Assembly (NCBI GenBank): GCA_963765765.1
Contig: CAVXYC010000030.1
Span: 1-64,000, forward strand
DNA: 64,000 nucleotides
Reading direction: 5' to 3'
DNA from: an uncultured Chloroflexia bacterium
GTDB taxonomy: Bacteria; Chloroflexota; UBA6077; JACCZL01
A model generated the notes under the pieces. It did no database searches. It was not told where the DNA came from and was given only the letters and a program-made list of their open reading frames with translations. Each line of letters opens with the position of its first letter. The stretch's first letter is position 1. Shown one piece after another: positions 62,900 to 64,000 of this stretch. The translations under genes were made by a program, and so were the position numbers.

Positions 62900-63324
62900 G
62901 GTCGGGCTCACCCCGGCAACGCGATGGATGACCGCCGGTGTGGCCTCGCCGGGCAGGACGTCACACTCCCGAGACGCTCCAGCAGTTCGGGGAGAAAGGG
63001 CGCGAGGCGTTTGCCACAGCCCGTCGGTGACCTCCAAGCAGGTTGCAGGAGTCGGACGTCGGCCGCCGTGGAGCGACGTGGGCGCCCGTGGGAGGTCCCG
63101 GCCCGGCCGCCTCCGCGGCCGGGCCGCGCAGCAACGCTCGGGCATAGACGCGATGGTAGCCGGTCGCCGCGCAGAACTCATCGAGGACGCGGCCCCGGTC
63201 CGATTTGGGACCACGCCGCTAGCGTGGCCGCACCGCCGCCGCATCGTCGCGCACGGTTGCTCGCTGCACGAATCCGGCCTCCCGTTCGAGAAGAAAACTT
63301 GTGATGCAATTCGAATCGTTGACA
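62900..63324 (-). mobile_element. Decayed ISNCY-like transposase N-terminal remnant with possible left end
   Basis: GTG 63269: ..VRPR*RRGPKSDRGRVLDEFCAATGYHRVYARALL..CGKRLAPFLPELLERL; TGTCAAC..TTGCATCAC end-like motif near 63324. Confidence 0.65.
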
Positions 63325-63390
63325 ACCCGGACTCACGGGCCTACGCTGCTTGAGCCCAAAGCCAGCAAGTAGAATGGGAAGTGAAACGCA

Positions 63391-64000
63391 TTGGCAACGA
63401 TCACACTGGGGCTCGCTACATCGCGCAGTCCCATGCTCAGCATGCCGCCAGATCTCTGGAATCATCTGTGGGAGCGGGACACAAAGAGCTCGCGCCTTCT
63501 GGATCGGGACGGACAGTCGATCACATACGATGAGCTTCTGGCCTCGGCGGACCCGAAGATCGCCGACCTGGTCACGCAGCCAGCCTGGAATGAGACGTAC
63601 TCGGTAAGCCAGCGAGACCTGGAGACGCTGAAGACGCGACTGGCGGAGAGCCGGCCGGACGTCATCTTATTCATCGGCGACGATGAAGACGAGATCATCC
63701 ACGAGGACAATCGTCCGGCCATCCTGGTCTACACTGCCAGCGAGTGTCCGATCGTTCCAAGAACCATCGCTGATCCGTCAGACATCGTGGCCCGAGAGTC
63801 TTCCTGGCAATGGGGCTCTCAACCAGGCGTCTATCCCGTGGCGTCCGACTTGTGTTTGAGCCTGCTCCGCTCGCTGATCGAGCAAGACTTCGATGTTGCG
63901 CACTCGTCGGGATTCAACTCCGAAAAAGGCATGAGTCACGGCTTTGGGTTCCTCTATGAGCGGCTCATGCCTAAACCGATCGTGCCTATCGTTCCGCTCA
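63391..64000 (+). CDS. LigB-superfamily extradiol dioxygenase-like protein (DesZ/PhnC-like), 3' truncated by window
   Basis: MATITLGLATSRSPML..PDVILFIGDDE..FDVA..GMSHGFGF..PIVP. Confidence 0.72.
   Translation, partial: MATITLGLATSRSPMLSMPPDLWNHLWERDTKSSRLLDRDGQSITYDELLASADPKIADLVTQPAWNETYSVSQRDLETLKTRLAESRPDVILFIGDDEDEIIHEDNRPAILVYTASECPIVPRTIADPSDIVARESSWQWGSQPGVYPVASDLCLSLLRSLIEQDFDVAHSSGFNSEKGMSHGFGFLYERLMPKPIVPIVPL

Noticed and set aside
52585-63221. Three in-frame TAG codons (52585, 62831, 63219) suggesting amber recoding
   Set aside because: Many intact genes here end in TAG, and two of the three lie in obviously decayed fragments; simple nonsense mutations suffice.
62708-63353. Plus-strand ORFs 62708..63304 and 62835..63353 as genes
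   Set aside because: Better explained as antisense to the transposase and DUF1761-like remnants.

Overview
GC-rich bacterial window, most consistent with a Chloroflexota-like genome (many lipoprotein solute-binding proteins with Ala/Pro-rich linkers; inference). It is dominated by catabolic and transport genes: four amidase-signature enzymes with an Opp/Dpp-type ABC system, two fused CoA-transferases, two Cys-less thiolase-like/OB-fold pairs, an acyl-CoA dehydrogenase/SDR/MaoC/CoA-ligase cluster with a KstR2-like TetR and three candidate operators, two Rieske oxygenases, protocatechuate 4,5-dioxygenase ligAB, TAXI-TRAP transport and several orphan SBPs. Many genes carry single-base frameshifts, probably long-read indel errors. 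Main structural observations: (1) a ~434-bp element in which a GxxExxY (PD-(D/E)XK-like) ORF runs exactly between two 31-bp inverted repeats built of 10-bp units, sitting between two convergent stop codons; (2) two diverged copies of an IS3 orfA plus -1 frameshift signal plus short orfB stub, lacking the DDE domain, each with conserved upstream non-coding boxes and part of an old tandem duplication with reciprocal gene loss (candidate domesticated transposase regulator); (3) several REP/REPIN-like and heptamer-periodic inverted repeats. No rRNA, tRNA or CRISPR array was recognised. All calls are from manual reading, with no database searches.
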